A DNA stretch of 64,000 nucleotides from the human T2T-CHM13v2.0 reference genome, Homo sapiens: the NCBI RefSeq assembly GCF_009914755.1, contig NC_060936.1, one strand, 5' to 3'. Below, one piece after another: positions 1 through 14,752 of this stretch (the stretch's first letter is position 1; the number at the start of each line of letters is the position of its first letter). Both the position numbers and the translations under genes were made by a program. A model generated the notes under the pieces. The model was given only the letters and a program-made list of their open reading frames with translations, did no database searches and was not told the DNA's origin.

Positions 1-282
<282 letters not shown>

Positions 283-384
283 CTATTGGAAGGCTTTTAA
301 AGTCTTTTTGACTGTAAATTTTCTGAATTCTAAATATAAATCAAGAATTTTCAACAAACTTGAGCATCCACATGTGATGTGTTA

Positions 385-566
385 TTGGCATAAGATATGC
401 ACTAGATTTTAAAAACTTAGGATGCAAAAAAATGTAAAGTGTCTCACTGATAAGTTTTATGTCTATTACGTGATGAAAGGATAATATTTTGGTTAAAATC
501 ACTTAAATATATTATTTAAACTAATTCTGTTACTTTTCACTTTTTAAAATGTGACTACTAGAAAAT

Positions 567-605
<39 letters not shown>

Positions 606-876
606 TTAATTATTGTTGAGACAGGGTCTTGCTCTGTCGCCCAGTATGGAGTACAGTGATGCGATCTTGGCTCACAGCAACCTCCATCTCCCATGCTCAA
701 GTGATTCTCCCACCTCAGCCTCCTAAGTAGTTGGGACTACAGATGCACACCACCATGCCTAGCTAATTTTTGTAACTTTTTTGGTAGAGACGGGGTTCTT
801 GCATGTTGTCCAGACTGGTAGAAAATTTAAAATTACAAACGTGGGTTTCCTTAGATTTCTACTGTACAGTGCTGGG
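385..876 (-). mobile_element. MER33 (hAT-Charlie) split by an Alu
   Basis: Matches recalled MER33 reverse complement (...AATGTGACTACTAGAAAATTT / AAAATTACA...TTTCTACTGTACAGTGCTG) on both sides of the Alu. Confidence 0.75.
570..818 (-). mobile_element. 5'-truncated AluJ with (TTTA)n tail
   Basis: Alu right arm plus part of left arm; TSD TAGAAAATTTA at 559-569 and 819-829. Confidence 0.9.
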
Positions 877-1237
877 CTAGAGTGTAGTAAGTCACTGAAG
901 AAAGACCATTTCACAAGTCTGTTCTTTCTGCTGTAAATGAGGTACCAACTGAATCATCTCTGGTTGTAGCATGAACCCAGCACATTCAATGACAATGGGA
1001 TGAACAAAGGAATATACATGCATACATGAAATGCAATATTTTTTCATTTCTAGGCTTCACTGCAGTTGCTGAAATCTGGCATCTCATGTGAGAGGCTCCC
1101 CTGGGTCTTTCACATGTTGTCAGAGATTCCATAGTTTATCACCTGAAATATTTTTCTTGTATTGTGTACCTCCTGGCAAGATCTTAAGTTGACATCAACT
1201 GAGAAATAAGGAAGTAAGAAATACTGTACTTTACTTC

Positions 1238-1752
<515 letters not shown>

Positions 1753-2027
1753 TTATCTGCTGTATTTCCTTCCCCATGATCTTTCATATATTACCTTCAC
1801 TGAGACTATTTTTTCTTTTCTATCTTCTCCTTCCTGGTAAGTTTTGGGAGAATCAAGGAAGCAATTTCTGATGAAGTCTTTGTTATGACACAGATAGGCT
1901 CCTGGGGGAACCTAAGAAAGTAAGCCACAAGATGGCCCCAGAATTAGACACTGCTGCCCAACATTCGTGCGACTTCTCCATCTCCAGTTCTTGACAGACG
2001 ATCAAGACTAGTCACCAGGAGAACTGA

Positions 2028-2501
<474 letters not shown>

Positions 2502-3201
2502 TGAACATTTTTAAAAAGCTCTCTATTAAAAAAATTGTTCATCTGCTTTATGCTCGTCTGTATTTCTTCTGTAACAGTTTGCTAGAACTTTAATGACCGT
2601 ACTGTGTGCTATTTGAAGGCCAGGACATATTGCACTCATATAGTGCTGAACACATGGTATGTACCTTATAAATGCTTGTGTTGTTATAGTTTAAGTGTTA
2701 AGCCTATTTTATTCTTCTACCCGGTCATTGCTATAGGCAAAATGTTTTGAGTTAGTTAAGGAATTTTTAGTTGTTGGAAGCAAAAATTTACCATAAATCA
2801 TACAAAAAATGGAATGTATTACAGGGCATTGGGATATGTTGAAGATGACAAGGTCAAAGGTGCATGATAGGCCTCATCAGGGCCTGGAACCAGGAACCCA
2901 GAAACCCAGGACCTGAGACTACTTTGTCCACCTCTCCTGGTTTCATGTGGCTTGTCATCTCTGTTTCTCTCTCTATAGGTCAACTTCCTGTCTTTGTGGT
3001 CAGCTTTTCTATGTCACTTGCACATGTCTATTATTCAAACTACTGTAGACACAAACATACATCCATCAGTATGTCCTCATAAGAAGATCTTAGGAAGGAA
3101 AAACTGATTGGTCCAATTTAGATCATGTGCTCCTGTTTGCTCCAATCAGCCGAGGACAAAGATGAAGACTCACACATTTCACAAATTAAGAAAAAGAGTT
3201 G

Positions 3202-3794
3202 ATGGTGCAGCTGCTTTGAAAAACAGTGTGGCAGTTTCTCAAATCGTTGAACATAGACTTACCACATGACCCAGCAATTCCACTCATAGGCATTAATCAA
3301 AAAAAAAAAAAATGAAAACATTCATCCACATAAAATTTGTACATGGATGTTTGTAATAGCCAATAAGTGAAAAGAACTCAAATGTCCACCAACTGGTGAT
3401 CTGATAAATAAAACGTGGCTTAGCCGTGCAATGGAACGCTAGTGGGTAATAAAAAGGAAGGAAGCACTGAAACACGCTACAACATGGATGAACCTCAAAC
3501 GCATGATGTTAGGTAGAAGAAGCCAGATGTAAAAGACCACATATTCTATGATTTCATTTATTTAAATGTCCAGAAAAGGCAAATTTCTAGACACGGAGTA
3601 GATAAGTGTTTGCCTGGGACTGGAGTGGGAATGGGAAATAACTGTAATGGGCACGAGGTTTCTTTCCAAGGTGATGGGAAAGTTTGACTGTGGTGATGGT
3701 TGCACAACTCCATAAATATACTAAAATCCATTTAGTTGTATACTTTCAGTGGGTAAATTTCATCATATGTACATTATTTCTCAATAAAGCTATT
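3202..3794 (+). mobile_element. L1MB-type 3' end
   Basis: TGACCCAGCAATTCCACTC, ACATGGATGAACCTC, GTGATGGTTGCACAACT, ends TCAATAAAGCTATT. Confidence 0.85.
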
Positions 3795-4290
3795 CGAAAG
3801 GAAGGAAAGAAAGAAGGGAGGAGGTTTGGAAGAAATGGTTTACATCATCCATGGATGGGTTCCCCTCCAGTTGCCCCAACCTGCAAGGTGAATTCCTGCC
3901 TCTGTGTCATTTTTTGAATCATTTATTTTGCCAATACCATTCTACCCTCCATTTATTCAATTGTTGGGGGTGGGGGTGGGGGGGCTTCTGTTTCATTCTC
4001 TGCAGCTATAAGCATCAGACATTTCTCTCTTTTTAAAATGAATTTCTTATTCTCAAGGCCCCTAGACCTCACTTGCTGACACTCTTCACCTCATTCACGC
4101 ATCCCCACAACTGACCTTCTTTCCCTCTATTTCATCATGCCCTATGAATTTCTCCTAAGATCCCAAAGTGGCGTTCCCTGAAATGTTCTTTCCCCACATC
4201 TCTGCAAAGTTCATTGGTGCCTCTCATTCAAGTCTTCCCTCTAACATCGCTTTCTCATAGGGATCATCCTGACAACTCTTTCTAAAACAG

Positions 4291-4430
4291 TGTCTCAATC
4301 CCAAATATTTTCTGCTTTTCCCTTAGGTCACCCTCCACCCTTCCCCACCCTGCTCTGCGTCTGGAAACTGACTTATAGAGACACATCAATGGACTTTCCT
4401 GCCCTCTGCCTTCCTGTTGGGTTTGCCAAG
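4291..4430 (+). mobile_element. LTR33-like (ERVL) 5' fragment
   Basis: CCACCCTTCCCCACCCTGCTCTG...GCCCTCTGCCTTCCTGTTGGGTTTGCCAA resembles the LTR33 5' end. Confidence 0.6.
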
Positions 4431-4619
4431 GACCAGTCCTGTCTTACCAATTCCATTTTCAATTTTATTAGTGTAGGGACTAATCTTTACACTTTTGGAT
4501 CCACCCTTTAATACTATCCCCAGTTCCTTATAGATGCCCCTCAATTTGTGGATAATGACTGCCATATTTATCATAGTTCCCTAGGAGGAAAACTGATAAC
4601 CTTCTTTTGGAGATTCACA

Positions 4620-4760
4620 ATATAAAGCATAATATCAAAGGCTCTGAGAAGGCCTGCACATAAACAAACAAAGCAAGCATGCAAACACATTTAATTTTGT
4701 TTAGCCTAGCTTATCCCAAACTTCTTAAACCATGGATCCCTTTTTCATGCAGTAAGTGTT
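4620..4760. mobile_element. MER103-like hAT fragment
   Basis: AAGGCTCTGAGAAGGCCTGCA...TCCCAAACTTCTTAAACCATGGATCCCTTTTT. Confidence 0.55.
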
Positions 4761-6274
4761 AACGTCTTATAGACTTAAAGTCCTTCTGAGCATAGTTTAG
4801 GAAACTTTGTCTTTTCCTATGTGAGTTCCAATTTTCATGTCCGTCCCACAAACTTTCCCTTATGTCAGAGTTAAGACTCAGAGAAGTCAAGCGGCTTCTG
4901 CACAGTAATTTAAGCTCACGAGTTGCATAGCTGGAATTTGAGCCCATGCCTGGACACAATGAAAGCCATATTTTTGCCCCTGTACCATGCTCTTCCTAAG
5001 ATAGGGTGGATTGCCTGGGATTCACCTTAATTATTTGATAAAAATAATTTGTAACTAACCATCGACTGCTTCTCAGTGAATGCTATTCTGAAGGACTTGA
5101 TGACAGTTCATTCTCCGCTCCGACAGTCTGCTTTGCATTACCAATTTGTTAAGAAACTATTTTTGTAGAGCTGTGCAAAAGGAAACTTCTATCCAGACTG
5201 TCTGAATTATCCAAAAATTCTGAACTGATGGCATCCAAATGAATAAGACTTTACAGAACTGTATCTCAAGAATTGATTAGATTTGTCAGTTTTCCTGGGA
5301 TATAAAGTCCTGGATGGCTTTCCTGAAAGTATGCTAGAACATAAATAATCAGTAAGTTTTCAGGTGAATTCCAGGGAGTCCATGGGAAAAAGAAAACTCT
5401 GGCTGTCTGCGTGGAAATCTGTAGTCTACCTGACAAAACCTTACACATAGTCCCAAAGTATGAGCTCTATGATGAGGGTGTTTGGGGGAAAAAAAAGCAA
5501 AGATTTTTTTTTTTAAAGTTAAAACACTTTCCAGCAACCAGTGTTAAGATTTAACAGCCAAGAAGGTCAGGGTGATGAACTTGCAAACGTTCATGGACAC
5601 TAGGCACCCAGTCAACTCCCCAAGCTCCAAAATGCTAGAGGGTCAGCAAACAAGGAAAACATGTTTTCCTAACTAAGAAAAAAATGACGTCTTGGATTGA
5701 TATATTTATTTATTTATTTCCCATCAGGGGATTTTTGGAAGGCCATGTCTCTTGGCTTCCTGAGTCTCTTCCTCCTCTGTTTTAGGGAGGGTGATATGTA
5801 AGGCAAAGCTTACAAAACAAGATTTGGACCATTCTCCTTTATGTTTTCCAGAGGCTACATACTAGTGATGAAAGATCTGACCCAGGAATTTAAGTTCATG
5901 AGTGGGGTGGGGCGGTGAGGGGATGCTGGGGGGCCTTCCATCCCCAGCTTCTGTCTGTCCCTGTGGCTGGACTCCAACCACTTTATTTTTGAAGGGCTGA
6001 GCCAGTCCTGTGGTTCACTGGTGGATCCATCTTTCCTTACAAGGAAGTGGCTTTTTGCTTCTTTCTGGGATGTGGGGTCTGGGATGTGTTTACGCTCAGC
6101 AGAGCTTTGGATGAGTCTCAGTATCCACTCATTTATTCAGTGAGTACTAATTGAACATGACTGTATGCCTGGCACTCTGCTAAGCATTGAAGATGTCAGA
6201 AACAAACAACACTATGTCTATCTTCTTAGGGATCCTGATATTTTTTGAATTACGTGGCACCAGTTCCCACTATA

Positions 6275-6470
6275 GGTCATTTGGACTCAGAGGGAAAGAT
6301 TGTATTAGCAATCATCTTTCCCAATCCTCCCACTTTACAGATGGGAAGACCAAGGTTCAGAGAGGAAGAAGGGGCTTGCTCAGGGTCACATGGTAGATTA
6401 CTTACATGTTCTGAAGAAAGATACAGTTTTCTTGCTATTTAACCCAAAGCTCTCTTCTTTGTATCATATT
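6275..6470 (-). mobile_element. MIR/MIR3
   Basis: CTTTACAGATGGGAAGACCAAGGTTCAGAGAGG...CTTGCTCAGGGTCACA core. Confidence 0.7.
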
Positions 6471-6649
6471 GCCTCTCACGGTTCATTCAACTAGCTTTCC
6501 TGAGCACTCGTTGGACACCATGAACTGCATTAGGCTGAATGAAACTCACATATGTCACTCAAGAAGTTGAAAGATCCAAGCTGGTGGTGATGGATTCTTA
6601 AGTCATTAACTGGGAAATATGGAAGAGAGAGTGTAGACGTGGGAATTAT

Positions 6650-6870
6650 ATGGGCTTAGGTTTAAATTCTGGAATCCCACTTACTCATCATGGAATTCAA
6701 CTTATTCATCATGTTGTCTTGGGCAATTATTTAGCTTTTCTGAGCTTCAGTCTTCTCACCCTTAAAACAGGAATAGTGCTAGGACCTAGTGCCTATGAAT
6801 GTTGGAAGTAGAAGCAACAATATATGGAAAATACTTTGCAAAGCACCTGGCACAAAATACTGAGCACTGA
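6650..6870 (+). mobile_element. MIR
   Basis: TTGGGCAATTATTTAGCTTTTCTGAGCTTCAGTCTTCTCA core. Confidence 0.7.
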
Positions 6871-7709
6871 CTGGTTGTCATGAGTAATAATCACTGTGAT
6901 AAATGCTATCTATAATTGTGTGTACAGCATTCTGGAAACACATAGCAAGAAGGAATTCCATCCCAGGGATAGGACCTTTGGTTGGATTTTTCTGCCTGAT
7001 TTTGGGGAGGAGGCATATTTTTCAAGGTGAAAATCTCTCTACAGGCATTTCTGCTCTAAGAATTATATTCTCTTATGAATGACTAGAAAAGTGAGTACAA
7101 GAGACATGGCCACAAAGTGATATAAACACAAAACAGGACCATTCTTGAAGCTGACCAGCTAGATATTGAGTTCTTTTAATGGATACATCCACATGCTCCA
7201 ACTACAAAGATAATCCATGTTTAAAGGATGATCCAAGACATGGGAATCTCAAAATGCCTTATGAATCATCAGAGATCAAACAGATTGAGTCATCCAGGAT
7301 TATTTACATTTTTTATGTTGCAATGCTTTGAAAATTGGTAATAGTATAGAGTTCACTCCCTGTTGATGCTAACAGCAATTGGCCTTGACAAGCATTTCCC
7401 AAAGCCTGCTTTGTGGAACACTAGACCTGTGGCATTCTCACTAACTTTAGGTAAAACATATACCCACATATTTCCAGAATACGTTAGCTCATGCACAGCA
7501 CAGTCCCTGAGTGCAGAATCCCATTTATGTTCTTTACCCTAGTAGAATTTCCTTTAATCCCTTGATTATAATGTCCTCTAGGACAGGAACTGTGCTTGTC
7601 TTGTTCTTCACTGTATCCCAGCAACTGGCACAATTTCTGGGATGTCGTACACACTTAGTATGTATTTCTTGAAATAATCATGTACTTCTTAAAAGGACTT
7701 GTAAAAGTA

Positions 7710-8200
7710 ATTTCAACTTTTATCTTAGATTCAGGGGGTACATGTGCAGGTTTGTTACATGGTATGATACATGACACTGAGGTTTGAAGTGTAAATGATC
7801 CCATCACCCAGGTAGTCAGCATGATACCCAGTGGGTAGTTTTAAACCCTTGCTCCCCTCCCTCTCTCCCCCTTCTAGCAGTCCCCAGTGTCTATTGCTTC
7901 CATATGTACCCAATGTTTAGCTCCCACTTATAAGTGAGAACATGCAGTGTTGGATGTTCTGTTCCTGCATCAGTTCACTTAGGCTAATGGCCTCCAGCTG
8001 CATCCATGTTGCTGCAAAGAACATGATTTCATTCTTCTTTATGGCTGTGTAGTATTTCTTGGTGTATATATACCACATTTTTAAATTTTTTACCCAATCC
8101 GCCATTGATGGGCACTTAGGTTGATTCCATGTCTTTGCTACTCTGAATAGTGCTGCAATGACCATATGAGTGCATGTGCCTTTTTGGCAGAATGATTTAT
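7710..8200 (-). mobile_element. Old L1PA (PA15/16-like) 3' end including an ORF2 C-terminal remnant
   Basis: GGGGTACATGTGCAGGTTTGTTACAT; ORF 7917-8207 gives AALFRVAKTWNQPKCPS...MFSLISGS, the L1 ORF2 C-terminus. Confidence 0.9.
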
Positions 8201-8385
8201 AAAACATGGAAATTTATCCTGAGAGGCTACAGAGGTGCCTTAAGGACAACAGAAAGAAGGTGGGATGGGGCAAAATGGGTGGGGCTCCAGACCACACCCT
8301 TGCCTTAACCACATCCTCCACACCTTAACGGTGACTGCTCTATAGATTTGGCTTTCTTTTGAATTAAGGGTTAAGTGTTTGTAAC

Positions 8386-9440
8386 ACACCACTGTGGAGA
8401 AGAGTATGGAGGTTCCTCAGTGTATTAGTCCATTTTCACATTGCTGATAAAGAGGTACCTGAGATAGGTAATTTATAAACAAATAGAAGTTTAATGGACT
8501 CACAGTTCCACATGGCTGGGGAGGCTTCACAATCATGGTAGAAGGCAGAAGGCACGTCTTACATGGCTGCAGACAAGAGAGAATGAGAGTCAAGTGAAAG
8601 GGGTTTCCCCTTATAAAACCATCAGATCTCATGAGACTTATTCACTATCATGAGAACAGTATGGGGGAAACCACCCCATGATTCAATGATCTCCCACCCA
8701 GTCCCTCCCACAACACGTGGGAATTATGGAAACTACAATTCAAGATGAGATTTGTATGGGGACACAGCCAAACCTCATCACTTAGAAAACTACAAATGGA
8801 ACTACCATATGATCCAGCATCCCACTAGTGGGCATTTATCCAAAGGAAGGGAAATCGGTACATCAGAGACATCTGCACCCCCGTGTTTATTACAGCCAAG
8901 ATATAAAGTCAACCTAGGTGTCTAAAGATAGATGAATGAATAAAGAATGTGGATGAATAGCATGGAACACTATTCAGCCATAAAAAAGAATGAAATCCTC
9001 TCTTTCATAGCAACATTGACAGAACTGGAGGACATTATGTTAAGTAAAATAAGCCAGGCACAGAAAGTTGAAACCTTTCATGTTCTCACTCATATGTGGA
9101 AGCTAAAAAAAAAAAAAAAAAAAAGCTGATCTCACAGAAATAAAAAGTGGAAAAAGGATATTAGAGACTGGGAAGGGTAAGGGAAGAGGGCTTAAGGACA
9201 AATTAAATGTGACAAAATTACAGCTAAATAGGAGGAATAAGTTCTAGTGTCCTACAGCATTGTAGGATGACTCTAGTTAACAATAACACATTATATAGTA
9301 TCAAATAGCTAAAAGGAGGATATTGAATGCTCCCAACACAAGAATGATAAATGTTGGAGGTAATAAATATGTTAATTACCTTGATCTGATTACTATACGT
9401 ATGTATCTCATAAATATGTACAATTAAAAAATTTAAAAAA
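8386..9440 (+). mobile_element. L1MA-type 3' end interrupted by a THE1 LTR
   Basis: GGAGGTTCCTCAG|AAAACTACAAATGGAACTACCATATGATCCAGCA reads through once the LTR is removed; AGGAGGAATAAGTTCTAGTG in the 3'UTR. Confidence 0.85.
8421..8780 (-). mobile_element. THE1 (MaLR) solo LTR
   Basis: TGTATTAGTCC...CAGCCAAACCTCATCA, 360 bp; 5-bp TSD CTCAG/CTTAG. Confidence 0.92.
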
Positions 9441-9542
9441 TTAACAGACAAACAAATACACTGTTCTAGAAGAAATTGTATCATAGAATGTAGGTGTTGA
9501 ATACTTGAAGGGAACAATCAAGGTTGGGCCTGACAGATTTAG

Positions 9543-9932
<390 letters not shown>

Positions 9933-9947
9933 TGATTGTGGCCCTAG

Positions 9948-10400
9948 TCATTCATTCTTCCCTAATTATGGAATGTTTCTACATGTCAAACACTGCTCTA
10001 GACCTTGAAGATACAGACAAATATGAAAGACAAGGCCTCTTGACCTCAAGGAACTTATGGTCCAGTGGGAGAAAAGGGTACTCTTAATAAACCAGTAAAC
10101 AATCACATAGCCAGCATGATTTCAAATGAGACACACACCATGAAGATGATATAATGGAGATGAAGTTGAGAGTGCTGGAGAACGAGGTGGTGATGGAAAA
10201 GAAGTCCTCTCATGGAAGAAGCCATTTGTATTGAGACCCAGAAGGCATCTGAAGACTAGCAGGGAGGAAATCCTGCCTGCAAGGGATGGCACATGCAAAG
10301 ACATTGAGGCAGGAGTGAAATTTGTATGCTCGAAGAACATGAAGCAAGCCAGTGTGGCCAGAGCGTATAGTAAGGTAGGGATTGAAATGCGATTGAAGAT
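9948..10400 (-). mobile_element. L2 fragment
   Basis: TCATTCATTC tail; CCTCAAGGAACTTATGGTCCAGTGGGAGA; GCACATGCAAAGACATTGAGGCAGGA. Confidence 0.8.
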
Positions 10401-12447
10401 GTAAGCCGAGGGTTACATTCAGCTCATCTGTCTTCTCAGTGTCAACCACTGTGTCTGGCAAAGACCAGGCACCATGGATATATGCTCAAGGTCCAAACTA
10501 ATGAAATTAATTAATTGCATCTCTCAATTCCTGTTCTCCATAACCTTTGGTGCCACTGTCTGTGCATATTTTACAAAATAAAGCTAATTTTAAAAACACA
10601 GCTGTATATTGTTGTAGCTATTTTAATAAGTATGACCATGCCTATGGAGTCAGTACAAGAAAGGATTTGATATTGACTGCCCCCCACCCCCCAAATCTAA
10701 GACTTACTTAGAGGATAGATATTGCCCAATTAACTGACTGGAGACACAGGGAAATTGCCGCCTACTACAGAAAAATTATCTTTGGGGAAAATAGCCCATG
10801 GAGGACCAATGACTTGGCCAACATCACACAGGGGATTTGATGAATACCAAGGGTAGGAGCCCATCTTCTTACCCTGCAATTGAGCTCTTGGATGGGAGGA
10901 TTACCTGATCCATTTAATTCCATCTACTTTGACATGCTCGTACTTGAAGATTCCCCAGTACAATGTACTCAGTTCCCAAAATATGGGATTTTAAGTGAAA
11001 CCCTGATGTTTAGCTCTAGGGCTAAATAGCAATACACAAATCCCCCAATTAGAAGCAGAGATGGAGATGAAATGGTCCCAAGGAATCTGGAGACACAACA
11101 GTTTCAAAAGGCAGCAACACTCTGGGGCAGAAAGAGAGAAGTTTCAGATCTCACACCAGGAATGCAAAACTAAATGAGAACCATTCAAAACCTCTGGGGG
11201 TTATAAAGTTGAATTCCCTCTTGTACAGTACACAAGAGTTATTAAGTGTGTATATGAGGCTCCTGTTTTACTTCATGTACATGATTATTTTATACAGGCA
11301 AGTTTGGAAAGAATTATAGGCTGAGAGCTGGCCAAGATGCAAGATGAGCAGCAGAGAGTGGGGGCGGTGGTTGCCATGTCATTGTTTGGGAGCTTAGGCT
11401 TCTTGGAGAAAGCTAAGGCGGGATCTATCATAGGTCAAAGGGTTAGGGTACAAGTAGAGTGTAGAGTTGGACTCTGTGCAAAGCTCATCTCCAAAAAGGC
11501 ATTCCAGGCTTCAGCTTCACGGGAAAGGGGCAAGTTTGAGAACGAAGGGAACAGAACTAGGGACCAAGCCCAGCAAGCTTGGTTTAGTCCACTAATGTCT
11601 GGAGACCAGGAGGATAAAGAATTTGGATTTGACTTGCGTGGCTTTAAGATATGAGAGAGAGCATGGGTTATTGTCAACATAGCCAGTGATTACAAAAGTG
11701 AGAATATATTATGTTTCTGAAAGAAGTCCCGGAGGCAGAGAGCTGGGGATAAAGGGCTGCTTTTAGGCGAGACCCAATTACAACCAGTCTGGACTGGTCA
11801 CATCTTTCCTGAAAGCGGGTCAGAGGCAATGGAATTGGTCTACCCAGCTCTTTCTGGATTACATTCCTATATAAGAGGGGCAGGTCTCTGGCATTGGAAA
11901 ATGCTGAATTCCTACCTTTGCTCTTAACTCTGTGAACTTGGGAAAGCCCCAGTTGTACCCGCTGTAAAATAGGGATTAAAACCTCTACTTATATTAAATT
12001 TTTAATATGGCAGAGACTATGCAAGGTGGGCTCTTATTAAGTGACAGCTGTCATATTAATAATAATGACTATATTAATAATTTTAATGAAGAAGGATTGA
12101 CTGGGTGGCATGTGGAGTGGGACTGATATTGGGCATGATATGTGTAGTTTGATGAGCAGGGGATCTCTCACCATATGTTTTATATGGCCTGGGTTCACTG
12201 TGGTGCAGCTACAAAAGACTCCCAAAGCTTTACCGAGTTGGCAAAATGGTTCTATAGCTTGAAAGACATTGTTTTCATGGTGACCTCCCTCACATTCATG
12301 GATTATTTGAATTTTGTAGACACTAGCCAGACCAAATGTCAACTGTACTAGAGGCTAAAGCTTTTCTCTTGGGTAAGCTCAAGATACACTACATGAAGCC
12401 CTAGTTTCTTGGAGCTACAGCTTAGCTAAAGAAATATAATGCATACA

Positions 12448-12748
12448 GCTAGGCATGGTAGCTCACACCTGTAATCTCAGCACCTTGGGAGACTGAGGCA
12501 GGTGGATCACTTGAGGTCAGGAATTCAAGACCACCCTAGCCAACATGTTGAAACTCCATATCTGTTAAAGACACAAAAATTAGCCAGGTGTGGTAGTGCA
12601 TGCCTGTAATCCCAGCTACTCAGGAGGCTGAGACAGGAGGATCATCTGAGGCTGGGAGGTGGAGGTTGCAGTGAGCTGAGATAGTGCCACTGCCCTCCAG
12701 CCTGGGCAAGATTCTGTCTCAAAAAAAAAAAAGTTTAAAAAGAAGTGT
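12448..12748 (+). mobile_element. AluJ/old AluS
   Basis: Perfect 18-bp TSD AGAAATATAATGCATACA at 12430-12447 and 12749-12766. Confidence 0.93.
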
Positions 12749-12771
12749 AGAAATATAATGCATACATAAAT

Positions 12772-13165
12772 CTGTATTATTAGGACACAAAATTGTCTTC
12801 TTTTGTCAGGCTTAAACAAGATAGATATTTATTTTTGTCACATATATCATACAAGGCTGTTTCCATCCCATAAGGCCGTGCAGAGACACAGGCTCCTTCA
12901 GCCTTGTTGCTCTGCCAATTCTAGAATGTTGCTCTTAATGACATAGTCTAAGATTGCACATAACCACCTTCATTCCAGCTGGAGAAAAGAGGGCAAGAAG
13001 AGAGAGGCATGATCCTTCCTTTTAAGGGTATAACTATTGGTCAGATTGGAGTCACATGACCACGTGGCTGCAAAGAAGGCTGGGTAATGTAGTATTTATT
13101 CTCAATGCTCATGTACTTAGCTAAGAGTCAGGGGTTTGTGGAAGCAATGGGAGAACAGGTATTGC
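12772..13165 (-). mobile_element. Old MLT1 (J/K/L-like) LTR
   Basis: GGCTTAAACAAGATAG...ATTGGTCAGA...GTCACATGACCAC...GCTGCAAAGAAGGCTGGGTAATGTAGT. Confidence 0.65.
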
Positions 13166-13199
13166 AGCAATCAAGTATTTATGCTCAGTTTCCTTTTGG

Positions 13200-13930
13200 C
13201 AAGGTTAAGCAACATAGGTTCAGGTCTCAGCAAGACCTGGATTTGATTCCCAGCTCTCTTGTTTGCCGATGGAATGAATTCAGACTAACTTTATACCCTC
13301 TGCTTTGTCAGTTGTAAACTAGGGATAAATAATAACTCTAGCTTCACATGACTGTTGTTAGGATGCATATAGAATGCATATTACAGAGTTTGTACTGCTG
13401 TTGTTGCTACCTCTGCAGCTGGTATCAAAACCTTGGCTCCTTCCTTTCCATGCTGATTCTGCTGTGCTCCATCCAGGCAGTTGCAGCTACTGGAACGTTT
13501 TTTGCACTTAGCTTGTTACACGCCTTCTCCTCCCAGACTGTAAGGTCTTAGGAACAGGGACCATGCTTACATCCATTTTAACATTCTGAATAGGTTACAT
13601 AGCACCTGGAACAGACTAGGTTCTCAATAATGTTTGCTCAAATTAATAAATGAATGTAAATCTGCTGCTGATGAAGACAGAGCTGCTTGTAAAGGGGCCT
13701 GAGATGGCACCCTACATGCCAGGTGCTCTAAGTTTCTTACATGGGCTAACTTATTTATTAAATCATTAGTGAGTACTATTTAATATTACCATGTTTTTCA
13801 GGGAAGGCAACTTGAATACAGAGATGCTATACTTAGATTGACCAAAGACATCCAGATATCAGGTGAAACAGCCTGGGCTTTGGACCCAGAAAGCTTGGTT
13901 TCAGGATCCATGCTCTTAATCGCCATACTG
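13200..13930. mobile_element. Cluster of MIR (+), L2 tail (+) and MIR (-)
   Basis: MIR cores near 13240 and 13800; L2 tail CTCAATAATGTTTGCTCAAATTAATAAATGAATG. Confidence 0.6.
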
Positions 13931-14440
13931 ACTCTTCGCTTTGGGATAGATCAAAGATACCTCAGTTTAAAGACAGATTAAATTAGACCCTTTCATATTT
14001 GATTTTCAGTAAAAAAAAAAATCATCTTTAGATTTTCAGCTCTTAGAAGAGTCATTTCAACTAATCTGATGGCCTTCCTTCCTCCCTCCCTTTCTCTCTT
14101 CCTTTACTCCTTCTTTCCTCCCTTCTTCCTTTCTTCTTTCTTTCCTACCTGCCATTTTTCTTTTCTTGTTTCACAGAACAACACCCCTCCACCCCATTAA
14201 CTGTTAGGACATATAAAACAGAACACAGTGAAGTGTCAATGGTTGAAAAGGACAGTACCACATTTTCCCTACTAGCTTTCCCTGTCATCTCTAGGAGGGT
14301 CCTTCTAGTAAGTTCAAAGTTCTATGACATACACTTTGAAAACTATCAACTTAATTCACCCCCTTCTTTACAGTGGGGAAAACTGAGGCCAGTGCAGAAA
14401 GGGATTCATCCAAGTCTAAATCAGAAATGTACCATCCCAC

Positions 14441-14752
<312 letters not shown>

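Noticed and set aside
7917-8207. ORF resembling the L1 ORF2 C-terminus
   Set aside because: Real homology, but part of a 5'-truncated dead L1; listed as a mobile element, not a CDS.
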